Source: an uncultured Verrucomicrobiae bacterium
GTDB lineage: Bacteria; Verrucomicrobiota; Verrucomicrobiia; Chthoniobacterales; Terrimicrobiaceae
DNA: 64,000 nt
NCBI GenBank assembly: GCA_963706955.1
Contig: CAVPOC010000002.1
Coordinates: 224,001-288,000 of the forward strand
Direction: 5' to 3'
Of this stretch, positions 53,880 to 63,181 are shown one piece after another; the first letter of the stretch is position 1, and each line of letters begins with the position of its first letter. The notes below the pieces were generated by a model. That model was not told where the DNA came from. It made no database searches and worked only from the letters and a program-made list of their open reading frames with translations. Both the position numbers and the translations under genes were made by a program.

Positions 53880-54674
53880 ATGAAAGCACCGATTCCCGAC
53901 CTTTCCCGAGACCTCTTCGACCTGACCGGATATTGCAGCATTGTAACTGGAGCGAGTGTCGGAATTGGCCTCAGCATTGCCGAAGCACTCGCTTACAGGG
54001 GCTCGGACATTGTCCTAGTCAGCCGCAATGCCCAACGCCTCGAGGAGGCGGCCGAGAAGGTGCGGTCGATCGGCCGGCGAGCTGCCGCGGTCGCGACCGA
54101 TGTCTCCGCCGATGACGCCCCGGCGCGGATCGTCGAAGCGGCGCTCGGGTTGAGGGACCGCATCGATGTCTTGGTGAACAATGCGGGGTTCATGACGTTT
54201 GCCGACCCTTTCAACGTGAACGACCAAACATGGGATGAAATCTACAACGTAAATGTCCGTGCGCCGATGCGCATCACCCGGGCCGTCTTGCCGGAGATGG
54301 TCAAGGCGTCCCGCGGTAGCATCATCAACATTGGAAGCTCCTGGTCGACCCGAGCGTCCGTTTTCAACCAGGACGGAGGCGGGGTGGACTATTGCTCATC
54401 GAAGGCCGCGCTTCATGCGCTGACGCGAGCAACCGCACAGGATGTGGCTCCGAAGAACATTCGTGTGAACACCATCGCTCCCGGTGCCGTGGATACCCCG
54501 ATGCACGCCGACCATCGCGCGCTCCTCTTCGAGTTCGAGAAATACATCCCGCTCGGGCGAATCCAAGTCGCGGAAGACCTCGCCGGCGCGGTCATCTTCC
54601 TGGCTTCGGATGCCAGCGCCTACATTACCGGTCAGACGCTCCATGTAAACGGGGGCCTGCTGATGGTGGACTAA
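53880..54674 (+). CDS. Short-chain dehydrogenase/reductase
   Basis: TGASVGIG, NNAG, YCSSK, IRVNTIAPG, GQTLHVNGG. Confidence 0.95.
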   Translation: MKAPIPDLSRDLFDLTGYCSIVTGASVGIGLSIAEALAYRGSDIVLVSRNAQRLEEAAEKVRSIGRRAAAVATDVSADDAPARIVEAALGLRDRIDVLVNNAGFMTFADPFNVNDQTWDEIYNVNVRAPMRITRAVLPEMVKASRGSIINIGSSWSTRASVFNQDGGGVDYCSSKAALHALTRATAQDVAPKNIRVNTIAPGAVDTPMHADHRALLFEFEKYIPLGRIQVAEDLAGAVIFLASDASAYITGQTLHVNGGLLMVD

Positions 54675-54804
54675 AAAGGAGAGGCGCCGACGCCAAGCGC
54701 CTGTGGATTTGCCCGGCCCTTGAGAGATACGCCGCCTACAACGCGTTGTCGACCACGGCGTGCGGACATACACAGGCCTAAAGTTCCGGGGTATTGCTAA
54801 TTTT

Positions 54805-54921
54805 GGGAGCGCACGCGTCCCCGCGCGTCCCCGCGTGCAATTTCCGGCGTCCCGCCGGAAAATCCTTGTTCGGCGAGACGCCAAACACCACACGCGAGAC
54901 GCTGCGAGACGCTTATGCTCC
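54805..54921. repeat. GGAG-type REP-like hairpin element
   Basis: GGGAGCGCACGCGTCCCCGCG..TGC ... GCGAGACGCTTATGCTCC; the GGAGCGCACGCGTC start recurs near 20676. Confidence 0.55.
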
Positions 54922-54999
54922 TTAGAGCGTTGCGTCGATCATCTTACTCGAGTTTGTCGGCGGTGAACCGCACTTCTACGGAAACATCGGTGCGTTTCT

Positions 55000-55367
55000 T
55001 CAAGAGCGCGCCGAAGCAACCGCAGACACGTTCAACCATCTGCCTTCGCGCTTCGCCCAGCCCGATGTGACGGCATTATGCATCGACATCTCTTTCCCTT
55101 GAATGACGGCGCGAGCATCCACGTTGTAAGTGACGATGGCCGCATCGGGATTTAGCATCGTCACCCTGAAGTTAGTGAGTTCGTACTTCTTAAGGTCAGC
55201 GTTGCTTAAAAATTCGAGAAGCTGCGATTGAGTGCTCTTCTCCATCGGGGAAGATGTCGCAAAAGTCCTCCGCGAGATAGGTGGCAAACTTCTCCAGATC
55301 TTTTTGCTGAATGAGCGCCCATGTCTGCTGTTCATGTTCGACTAATATGTCTGCTACGGAAAGCCAT
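55000..55367 (-). CDS. NTF2-like (DUF4440) protein (frameshifts)
   Basis: EQQTWALIQQKD...LAEDF; PDAAIVTY; WAKREGRW. Confidence 0.75.
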
Positions 55368-55381
55368 GACGTTTCTTACGT

Positions 55382-56284
55382 TCAACCAAGTTCGAAACTG
55401 GTGACTCCAAAGATTCGCTCGAGAGGCAGATCAGGCTTCCCGTTCGCATACATGCGCGCAGTCTCGAAGACCGCTCTCATGTTGTGGCGCCTAGCGAGAT
55501 CGAGGGCGGCGCCGTTTACCGCCGGCGTGTCCAGGAAGATTGGCGCGTCGGGCGGGATGCCTTGCTGCAATGCCAGGAAGAGGTCTTCGGCGATGACCGG
55601 CGTATCTGCGAAGAGCGGGCCGACCTTGTATCCGGAACGACAAGGGCGCAGGACTCCATAGCCGGAGAGGACGCTGCCTTGGACAAAACCGAGCGCAGCG
55701 CCTAGCGGCTGGTTGATCCAGCATTTGAGAAACTGCACGCGCGTGTCGGGAAAGAACTGCTGATCGTAGGTCGATATCTCGTCGAATGGCAGCTTGGAGA
55801 GCGGGATGATGGCTGCCTTGGCGTTCGCGCTGCGAACCCCCGTGCCCTCGTAGCGAATGTTTCGATGCGCCAAGACAAACCCGGACTTCTTGTAATTTTC
55901 CTGCTGATCAATTACCCCGTCCAGACCGACAGTCCGGCCTTGCAGGCGCGCGAGCCCGGTGTTCCAGATCTTGATGCCGTAACCACATCCCCGATGCACC
56001 GGTGCGACGATGTAGAAGCCGACGAAGCCAAAGGAAGACCCATATTTCACCACAGAGATCGTCGCAACCGGCTCGTCTCCGAGCAGGCCGACAAGGAAGC
56101 CCTCTGGGTCTGCTGCATAAAAGCAATTCGCATCGTGCAAACCAGGATTCCACCCTTCCGCGGCCGCCCAATCTATAGCCAGGCCCACTTCCTGGCGGTC
56201 CATCGTTCTGACCTTGTATGCACCTTCGGCCACGCGATTCGTTCTGTCAGTTAATGTCCGCTGTGTCTCAAACACGCAGACCAT
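55382..56284 (-). CDS. GNAT acetyltransferase, YitH-like (start uncertain)
   Basis: DWAAAEGWNPG, GFYIV.P.HRG.GYG, GLDGV..QQ.NY, GPLFAD, FETARMY, TSFELG. Confidence 0.92.
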   Translation of the reverse strand: MVCVFETQRTLTDRTNRVAEGAYKVRTMDRQEVGLAIDWAAAEGWNPGLHDANCFYAADPEGFLVGLLGDEPVATISVVKYGSSFGFVGFYIVAPVHRGCGYGIKIWNTGLARLQGRTVGLDGVIDQQENYKKSGFVLAHRNIRYEGTGVRSANAKAAIIPLSKLPFDEISTYDQQFFPDTRVQFLKCWINQPLGAALGFVQGSVLSGYGVLRPCRSGYKVGPLFADTPVIAEDLFLALQQGIPPDAPIFLDTPAVNGAALDLARRHNMRAVFETARMYANGKPDLPLERIFGVTSFELG

Positions 56285-56331
56285 TCGATATTCGTCGTCG
56301 AAGCGGAATCGATATCAGAGGGATCACGAGT

Positions 56332-56788
56332 CTATCTCCATAGCGACCGGACTATTGTTTTGATACTCCGACGCGAGAACCAGGCGATCAAAAATATCGG
56401 CCAGGAAATCGCCGGAAACAAGCCAATGAACAGCGCGGACAAGGGGACGATCCCGAGGGTTCTGCCATAGCCAAAATGCACGATCCCGAGAAAGATGCCT
56501 AAGTTAACTGTGCAGACAAGCAAGACAAGTGCCGCGCCACTGACGAGGCAGACCACGGTCCACCGACGCCTCAGAACAGAGCCGACGGCGCCAAGCAGTA
56601 GAAGAGAAGCCGCAATCAGGTTTGGCAAGCTCGGCCAAGGAACTGTCTCAGACCGCTGTGGTTGAAAGTAGAGAACCAGGTAGAGCGAGGCGTAGAAGAA
56701 AGTCACCGTCGAGATCACCGTCGGCCACCTTTGATCTTTCGGTGGTCGATCTTGATTGATTCTTGTGTCGCTCGTCGTGTCCATCATG
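56332..56788 (-). CDS. Hypothetical membrane protein
   Basis: Four hydrophobic segments. Confidence 0.55.
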
Positions 56789-57286
56789 CCTGCGGCCACT
56801 TCGTAATACTTTTGCTTAGATTTCAGCGAGTAAAAACATAAGGGTGCTGTTAACGATTCCTAACCAGAGCCATCGAGTCTTGGCGGGGGAGTGCATCGAC
56901 TATCGGAATGGGAGGGAGGCGTGCTGAGATCGAGGCAGTTAGCGGCATTGACGATCAGAGCGCTCAATTTAGCCGCCACGACACTGAACTGGGCCTGTAT
57001 TGGCTGGTGGGTTGTTTAGAGGACAGCCACCCCAGACCGGCACTCTGGCGTGACCGCATTCTTACGCCTCCGTCTTCTTCACGAGCGCCGCCTCATCGTC
57101 GACAATTGGCTAGATTGTGAGGATGCCAGTCTCGAAGAAACGTCCAAAGTTTGAGACTGCCGAGGAAAGTTTCAACTTTGCTTATCGGTCTCGCAATCCA
57201 TTGCGTCCTTCAATGGAACCTTCAAAGCAGTTGCCGCGGATTTCCTTCGCTTGACTTAAGCGCTTCGTCGAAGCTAACAGACCGAG

Positions 57287-58321
57287 ATGCTAGAACTGTT
57301 TCGGGAGATACCTTCTCGTGGCGCCTCGCGGTTTTCCATTGTGCGGCCATCGACTGTAAATTTGCCGCAGATCGGGCCAAAAAGTCACCAGCAGGGAATT
57401 CAGAGAACTACAGGCGGCGACTTCGTGGTCTCGGGTAGCGGGCTGCGGTCCGGATACATCTATTTCGCAGATCGGAGCAGCTTAAAGATAGGGGAAGTTC
57501 TCACCCCTGTGGTCAGCAACTATAATCATTTCGGCGGGATCCAGGTTACGGACGATATTCTAGCCGCAGGATATGAGCGCTCCGAAAGCGGTGCGGCGGG
57601 CACGTCGGTGGTGCTCTTTTATGATGTCAGAAACGCGGCGTCTCCGGCCGCTCTGGATCACCTGACGATTGAGAGGGCTGCGGCTGGGGAGACTGCGGGA
57701 GCGGTCGGGCTGTGTCGCGAGGGCGCAAGCTGGCTCCTTCTCGTGGCGAACTGGGATTCAGATCGGCTCGATTTTTACCGCAGCGATGGCGACGATTTGG
57801 TCGCGCCGACGACACGCTTTGCGCTCGTGGGAATCTGGCAGCTTGGCGTGAATGGTCTTGGGGCCGGTTCCATAGACGATCGCTGGGGGGTTTACGAGAA
57901 CATCAACATGTTCGTTGATGAAGATGGGTCGCTCTGGTTTGTCGGCATGGAGACAGTTCTCTTTCGCGCGGATATTAGCATCGATCCTCTTAAATTGGAG
58001 TCCGAAGTTCTGGAATCACGCATCGACGACCTGCTAACATCGGGTAGCGAAGTGCTTAGACCGGGCAGCGATTTACTGACGTCAGGCATCGATTTGCTGA
58101 TATCAGATTGGGCGGATCTGTATCAGCTCAGCGTTGCTTCGGATGGCATCACCGTTACCAAGCGAGCCAACAAGCGTTTTTTTCGCAGCGGAGCAGGTCC
58201 ACGTTTCCGGTATGGCTCTGGCTTTCGCTTGAATAACGTGACTGGCAAATTTGAAGTTTATTCGTGCGAGGCAAACCTGAGTAACGTCGGGCGCGTGAAC
58301 CGATGCAATCGCTGGGGCTAA
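57287..58321 (+). CDS. Hypothetical protein, possibly beta-propeller
   Basis: 344-aa ORF with SHQQGIQR and NHFGGIQV blade-like motifs. Confidence 0.6.
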   Translation: MLELFREIPSRGASRFSIVRPSTVNLPQIGPKSHQQGIQRTTGGDFVVSGSGLRSGYIYFADRSSLKIGEVLTPVVSNYNHFGGIQVTDDILAAGYERSESGAAGTSVVLFYDVRNAASPAALDHLTIERAAAGETAGAVGLCREGASWLLLVANWDSDRLDFYRSDGDDLVAPTTRFALVGIWQLGVNGLGAGSIDDRWGVYENINMFVDEDGSLWFVGMETVLFRADISIDPLKLESEVLESRIDDLLTSGSEVLRPGSDLLTSGIDLLISDWADLYQLSVASDGITVTKRANKRFFRSGAGPRFRYGSGFRLNNVTGKFEVYSCEANLSNVGRVNRCNRWG

Positions 58322-58362
58322 GGAGAGCTTGTCAGACGGCGGAAGGTTGCAACGGCGCGCAC

Positions 58363-58424
58363 TGTAGCGATGATGTCCTCATCGTCGGGGGCATAATGTC
58401 GGCGGTGGGGACACCGCCGCTACA
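58363..58424. repeat. GTAG-type REP inverted doublet
   Basis: TGTAGCGATGATGTCCTCATCGTCG ... CGGCGGTGGGGACACCGCCGCTACA. Confidence 0.8.
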
Positions 58425-58432
58425 CAGCACCG

Positions 58433-58795
58433 TCAAGCCCTTCGACGAGGAGAAGCAATGGTGTGTGTCTTAGCTTTCTTTAGCGACATTCGAAACTTTG
58501 GAGGCGCCCCGACAACCCGTTGAGCAGCAGTGTTCTTAGGGAGGCGATTTTTTACAGGCTGCAAGAGCCTTCTCTTGAGCGCTGTGAAATTCCAATCGCT
58601 ATTTTTTGCGATGGGTCGCAACTTTTCAAGGCTGGCGCGCTGGGCGCAGGTAATACCTTCCCGGGCAAGGATTGCCTCGATGCCGTCTTTGATCCCTCGA
58701 AATGACCCCAGAACGGCGGTTCCATTCTCAGCCTTCCACATGAAGAGCACTTTCGATTCATGTCGGCCCAGAATCAGATTGTTGAAATTGATCAT
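58433..58795 (-). CDS. Hypothetical basic protein
   Basis: 120-aa ORF with a purine-rich stretch before the ATG. Confidence 0.45.
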   Translation of the reverse strand: MINFNNLILGRHESKVLFMWKAENGTAVLGSFRGIKDGIEAILAREGITCAQRASLEKLRPIAKNSDWNFTALKRRLLQPVKNRLPKNTAAQRVVGAPPKFRMSLKKAKTHTIASPRRRA

Positions 58796-58855
58796 GTGTT
58801 CCCTGTAACGGTTTCCGTTGATAGCATCCTTGTCAAACTGGAGGCGCAGCCGGCT

Positions 58856-59323
58856 CTACTCGGAAACTGTTGTTACCGGGACAATGATCAACGGGCATTT
58901 GAGACGACGCAGCATCCCGGTGAGCGCGTCTTGGCGTGAGACCAGATGTTGGCTGGCCTTCCCGCGAGAGCCCAAGATAATGTAATCGGCGCGGCATTTG
59001 ACGGACTGGTCAAGGATTTCATCGGCGAGGAGTCCGGCGACGACGCTGGTCTTAACCTCGATGCCCGCCGTCTTGAGCGGTTCGGCAACGGCGTTCAAGC
59101 GCTTCTCGAGCTGGGCTTGGCTTTTCGGTGTCCGCAAAGGCCACGCTGCGGCCGTGGGGGCACGCTCCGCTTTGCCGGCAGGAAGGACGGCAGCCTTCGG
59201 CTCGACCACGTGCAAAAGGAGGATGTCGGCGGAGAGTGCCTGCGCGAGCTCCGCGGCTCGGCTAGCGACGGAGGTCGAGGCTTTTCCGAGGTCGACGGCG
59301 ACGAGGAGTGTTCTTGTTGCCAT
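58856..59323 (-). CDS. Universal stress protein
   Basis: LLVAVD, LLHVVE, ADYIILGSRG, CPLIIVP. Confidence 0.9.
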   Translation of the reverse strand: MATRTLLVAVDLGKASTSVASRAAELAQALSADILLLHVVEPKAAVLPAGKAERAPTAAAWPLRTPKSQAQLEKRLNAVAEPLKTAGIEVKTSVVAGLLADEILDQSVKCRADYIILGSRGKASQHLVSRQDALTGMLRRLKCPLIIVPVTTVSE

Positions 59324-59357
59324 TGGTATGCTCGCGTGGAAAGGATGGCGGCCTTGC

Positions 59358-59753
59358 TTATTTGCTATAGACCTCGGCCTCGTTGAATGTTTTCCGTTCG
59401 ACGATTGCCAAGGCGTTGGCCTTTCGATCAAATTCCTGGAAGAAGCAGCTGTTGTATCCGGTGTGGCATGCTCCCCCGGCCTGCTCGACCTCGAAGAGGA
59501 GGACGTCGCGATCGCAGTCGGCGAACCAGCGTTTGATCTTTTGGGTGTGGCCGCTCGTTTCGCCCTTGAGCCAGAGCTTTTTTCGTGAGCGACTCCAGTA
59601 GTGCATCAGACCGGTCTCCAACGATTTTTCGAGTGCTTCGCGATTCATCCAGGCGAGCATGAGGACCCGACCGACCGGCACCTGATCATCAGAGGCCTGT
59701 TGGACGATTGCCGGGATAAGCCCGTCGGAGGAAAATTTGAAATCGAGTTCCAC
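59358..59753 (-). CDS. hisI: Phosphoribosyl-AMP cyclohydrolase
   Basis: GLIPAIVQ, YWSRSR..LW.KGETSGH, DCDRD, ACHTG..SCF. Confidence 0.95.
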   Translation of the reverse strand: MELDFKFSSDGLIPAIVQQASDDQVPVGRVLMLAWMNREALEKSLETGLMHYWSRSRKKLWLKGETSGHTQKIKRWFADCDRDVLLFEVEQAGGACHTGYNSCFFQEFDRKANALAIVERKTFNEAEVYSK

Positions 59754-59794
59754 TGTTGCAGAATAGCAGACTGTCGGATAATCGGAAACGTCGT

Positions 59795-61135
59795 GTGAAA
59801 GAACCAGAGATTTCCCTAACGCTCGAAGATGCCGCCTGGCGGGTGCCTCACACGCCACGCTATCGTTATCATTCGAACCCGCCAACGACCGTCTCGCTGC
59901 GGCTGGCTGACCTGGCCCCGCAGATCCCGGAAGCGGCTCGTTTGCCCGGTTTTAATGCGGAAAAGACGGTCGAGTTTTCCTGCGAGGAGATCTTTACTGG
60001 TCCTGTGCCGAAGCTCTCGCTCTCCCGGCTGGCCGAGCTGGCGAACGAGGATGTTCGATCCAGCGAGGTCGCTGAGGGCTCGATCAGGTTGCCGGTTGCC
60101 CGGCTGGCGCTCGCGTTTCGGTTCATTAATCATCGCGAACTAATTGAGGAGCCGCCTCCTCCCAAGCCGGCCAAGCTGGAGCGGTCATTGGAAGATTTTG
60201 CAGCAAAGGATGAGCGCCCCAAAGCTGGTCAGGAACTCGCGGGTGAGGGGGGGACGATTTCGCCTCCCGCGGGAAGCGCGCCTGGAGCAAATGAGACCGA
60301 GTCAAACTCTCCAACGGATGCAAGTGAGGCGCGGCAACGTTCGGTGCCGCTGGCGGGATCGCCATCTCAAATAGCCAGCGGAGGCGCTGACACTGAAGAG
60401 ATCAAGCCGGGCGAGCCGGAAACTTGGAGACCGATTACTGTATTTCCGATTTTTCGGCGCAAGGCCGCTGAACCTCAGGTGAGACCACCAGTCGCTCCGC
60501 TTCGACCGGTGGTCGAGAGCCGGGCACCGCCTCCGTCAAGTGCCCCCTCCGATTTCGCCGAACCGCCGCAAGAGACGACCAAGGCGCCCCCCACAGCTCC
60601 TCCGACGGACTTTGCGCCCCAAGTCCCGGAAGCAGTGCTGATCGAAGCCGAGCGCTCTCATGCGCCCTCCCGAGGGATCGAGCTTGTCGATCAGGATGCT
60701 CTCCAGGCGGTCTTCATGACCGAGGAGATGCTGTCGATTGATCGCGTGGTCGAACTCTGTGGAGTTCTTCCAGGGATTAAGTCCTGTATCCTCGCACACG
60801 GCGCTGAGGTTCTCGCTTCGCACAATGTGCCGGAATCGATTGACTTGGTCTCGTTGAGTGCGCATGCACTTGAGATGCTTGCAGCGATGCGGCAATCCGC
60901 CTCTCGGATGGGCATCGGAGCGGTGCCTGCCGTGACCATTCATGCCGAAAAGGGACCAATAACCTTTTTTCATCAGGATGATTTGTGCTTGCTGGTGATG
61001 CACAAGGATCGCGGCTTCGTTCCGGGCGTCCGTGAAAAGCTCCAGAAAGTCGTTGAGCATCTTGCGCAGGGCGATCCTGCGCTGGGCGGCGACGATTCAC
61101 GACTTCGGTGGGCCGCCAAAAAGCCGGCCACGTAG
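59795..61135 (+). CDS. Proline-rich protein with a probable C-terminal Roadblock/LC7 (MglB-like) domain
   Basis: Long P/E/A-rich linker, then LPGIKSCIL..G.EVLA...VTI......TFF....L.LLVMH. Confidence 0.65.
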   Translation: MKEPEISLTLEDAAWRVPHTPRYRYHSNPPTTVSLRLADLAPQIPEAARLPGFNAEKTVEFSCEEIFTGPVPKLSLSRLAELANEDVRSSEVAEGSIRLPVARLALAFRFINHRELIEEPPPPKPAKLERSLEDFAAKDERPKAGQELAGEGGTISPPAGSAPGANETESNSPTDASEARQRSVPLAGSPSQIASGGADTEEIKPGEPETWRPITVFPIFRRKAAEPQVRPPVAPLRPVVESRAPPPSSAPSDFAEPPQETTKAPPTAPPTDFAPQVPEAVLIEAERSHAPSRGIELVDQDALQAVFMTEEMLSIDRVVELCGVLPGIKSCILAHGAEVLASHNVPESIDLVSLSAHALEMLAAMRQSASRMGIGAVPAVTIHAEKGPITFFHQDDLCLLVMHKDRGFVPGVREKLQKVVEHLAQGDPALGGDDSRLRWAAKKPAT

Positions 61136-61155
61136 GCAGTTTCGGCGTCTCTGGC

Positions 61156-61785
61156 ATGCTAGATCTTGTCCAAAAAGGTGGGCCGCTGATGTGGCTCATC
61201 ATTCTCTGCAGTATCACCGCCCTGGGAATTTTCCTGGAGAGGCTTCTCTATCTTCACAGAGCTTCAATCCCGGTCGGAGACCTGCTTCGTGGGCTGGCTA
61301 ACGTTCTGCGCAACGAGAACTACGCCGAGGCTCTGCAGGAGTGTGCGGGAACGCCCGGGCCGGTTGCCCGTGTGGCACATGCGGTCATTTTGCATCACGA
61401 GGCGCCGCGTTCGGAGCTTCGTGAAGTCGCTCAAGAGGCGGGGCAGCTGGAGGTGCCGCGACTGGAACAAAATCTTCCCTTACTCGCGACGATCGCCTAT
61501 GCGACCCCGCTGATCGGTCTGTTGGGAACACTGCTTGGTCTTCTCGTTGCTTTTCAGCAAATGGCCGCCCATAGCGGCTATGCGACCGCAACGGATATCG
61601 CCTCAGGAGTTTACGAGAGCTTGCTTACGTCGATCGCATCCCTGGCGGTAGCGATTCCCGCGTTCGTTGCCTACAGCTATCTCTCGGCGCGCGTAAACAC
61701 AATTGTCCACGAGATGGAGCGGGCTGGAATCGAGATTCTGGCGATCCTGGATGAGGTGCGAAGGCAGAAACGGCCGAAAACGTGA
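61156..61785 (+). CDS. exbB: MotA/TolQ/ExbB proton channel protein
   Basis: GGPLMW, FLER, TPLIGLLGTL.G, L.VAIPA. Confidence 0.88.
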   Translation: MLDLVQKGGPLMWLIILCSITALGIFLERLLYLHRASIPVGDLLRGLANVLRNENYAEALQECAGTPGPVARVAHAVILHHEAPRSELREVAQEAGQLEVPRLEQNLPLLATIAYATPLIGLLGTLLGLLVAFQQMAAHSGYATATDIASGVYESLLTSIASLAVAIPAFVAYSYLSARVNTIVHEMERAGIEILAILDEVRRQKRPKT

Positions 61786-62195
61786 AACTTCGGCGTTCAC
61801 CTGCTCCACATCCGGTCTTGGTTGTCTTTGCTCCAGCACTTGGTCTTGCCCTGATATTGATTTTTTTCCTTCTGTTGGGGACTTCATTCATGCTGCAGCC
61901 CGGCGTGGCGATCGATGTTCCGCGCTCGCCGTTTCTCCTCTCGCCGCAGCGGAATCCGCGGATGATAAGTATCACGGCACCACCGCTTTCAGCCGTTTTC
62001 TTTGAGAACGAAGAGATGGATCTTCCGCGGTTGCGCGAAGCTCTCCAGAAATTGCAGGGTCGGTCGCAGACGATCATCATCAAGGCCGACAAGCGCGCGC
62101 TTTATGAGAATGTAAGCGCGGTCATGAACGTGGCGCTGGAGACAGGCTTCCCTGTCGTCCTCGCGACCGCCGAGGAGCAAGGAGAGGGTCTGTGA
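61782..62195 (+). CDS. exbD: ExbD/TolR family protein
   Basis: LILIFFLL TM segment; IKADKRA.Y..V..VM. Confidence 0.82.
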   Translation: MKLRRSPAPHPVLVVFAPALGLALILIFFLLLGTSFMLQPGVAIDVPRSPFLLSPQRNPRMISITAPPLSAVFFENEEMDLPRLREALQKLQGRSQTIIIKADKRALYENVSAVMNVALETGFPVVLATAEEQGEGL

Positions 62196-62944
62196 AGCTT
62201 CGCATCCATTTGTTCGAGTGGCCCTCCCGCCACAACGTACATTTGGCTCTGCCGCTCATGCTCGTGCTGTCGTTCGCTCTGCATGCGGCGAGCATGTTCC
62301 TCTTTCACACTAGCTTTCCTCGATCGAATGGCAGCGCCGAGCGCATCGCTTCAGTTACTTACATTTTACCGGGCTCGCCGGAAGCTTCCAAGCTTGCCCC
62401 GATTCTTGCAGCGTCGGATCCGGCACTATTCTCATCCGCGGATGTCGGTCCGAACGTCTGGAATCTGCCCAAGACATCCTACGTGGCGAGCTTTGACGAA
62501 GAAACTCCCGAGTTGAAACCGTTGCCACGGCCGGGTCCGTCCGAGTTCCTTCCCCCAGATCCAGGCACCGCGCCGGTCACCGTGGCTACGATTGTGCCCA
62601 AGGCGAGTCCAGTTTCCCAGCCGGCTCCGCCCACGACCCTGCAGTTTGGAGGCGGATTGGAAAAGCGCGCCTGGACTCCGCCGGAAGGATTCAAATTCTC
62701 CGATGTGAGGGCCTTAACGCAGCAAGGGCGAGCCCCCGCCGAATTCCTGGTCGCGGTCTCGCCCGACGGTCGGCCGTTACATTTCTTCCCGCAACAATCT
62801 TCGGGGGACGAAAACCTCGATCGAGCGGCCATTCGTTACCTTGCGGGCGGCCGGTTCGCGCCCGCTCCCTCGGAGACTGAACCGGCCTGGGGCACCGCCC
62901 TGTTTCTCTGGGGAGGTGATATTGCCACGGAGACTCAGCCATGA
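62192..62944 (+). CDS. TonB-like protein
   Basis: TM with SFALH (SxxxH), Pro-rich linker, C-terminal V.PDG...SSG...LDRAA...RF.PA. Confidence 0.65.
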   Translation: MKLRIHLFEWPSRHNVHLALPLMLVLSFALHAASMFLFHTSFPRSNGSAERIASVTYILPGSPEASKLAPILAASDPALFSSADVGPNVWNLPKTSYVASFDEETPELKPLPRPGPSEFLPPDPGTAPVTVATIVPKASPVSQPAPPTTLQFGGGLEKRAWTPPEGFKFSDVRALTQQGRAPAEFLVAVSPDGRPLHFFPQQSSGDENLDRAAIRYLAGGRFAPAPSETEPAWGTALFLWGGDIATETQP

Positions 62945-63180
62945 TTCGCGTCGACCTCGCAGAACTGGTTTGCATCTACCTGGTGGTTTTTCTTGCCGCA
63001 ATTTTGGCTGTTTGGATAGCCTACGAGATGGCTCGGAGAGTTCGCGAAAACCGCTCTCGTCGCGGGTGGCTGCGCTGCAGCGTTTGCGCGATGGAGTTCG
63101 AAGATCTCACCCCCGAAGGTCTCCCACGCTGTCCACGTTGCGACAGCCTTAACGAACGAGAAAAATTGAAAGTGTACTGA
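62941..63180 (+). CDS. Small membrane-anchored zinc-ribbon protein
   Basis: One TM segment followed by CSVC...CPRC. Confidence 0.7.
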   Translation: MIRVDLAELVCIYLVVFLAAILAVWIAYEMARRVRENRSRRGWLRCSVCAMEFEDLTPEGLPRCPRCDSLNEREKLKVY

Positions 63181-63181
63181 A

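Noticed and set aside
44000..58400. Integron cassette array (GNAT, VOC, cupin and DUF1311 genes are typical cassette cargo)
   Set aside because: Genes are in mixed orientation and there is no intI. The TAAC...GTT pairs I checked near 47655-47699 and 56858-56944 lack complementary inner boxes; the first is explained by an RBS.
6906..58424. CRISPR array from the recurring palindromes
   Set aside because: Copies are dispersed and inverted, with no repeat-spacer periodicity and no cas genes.
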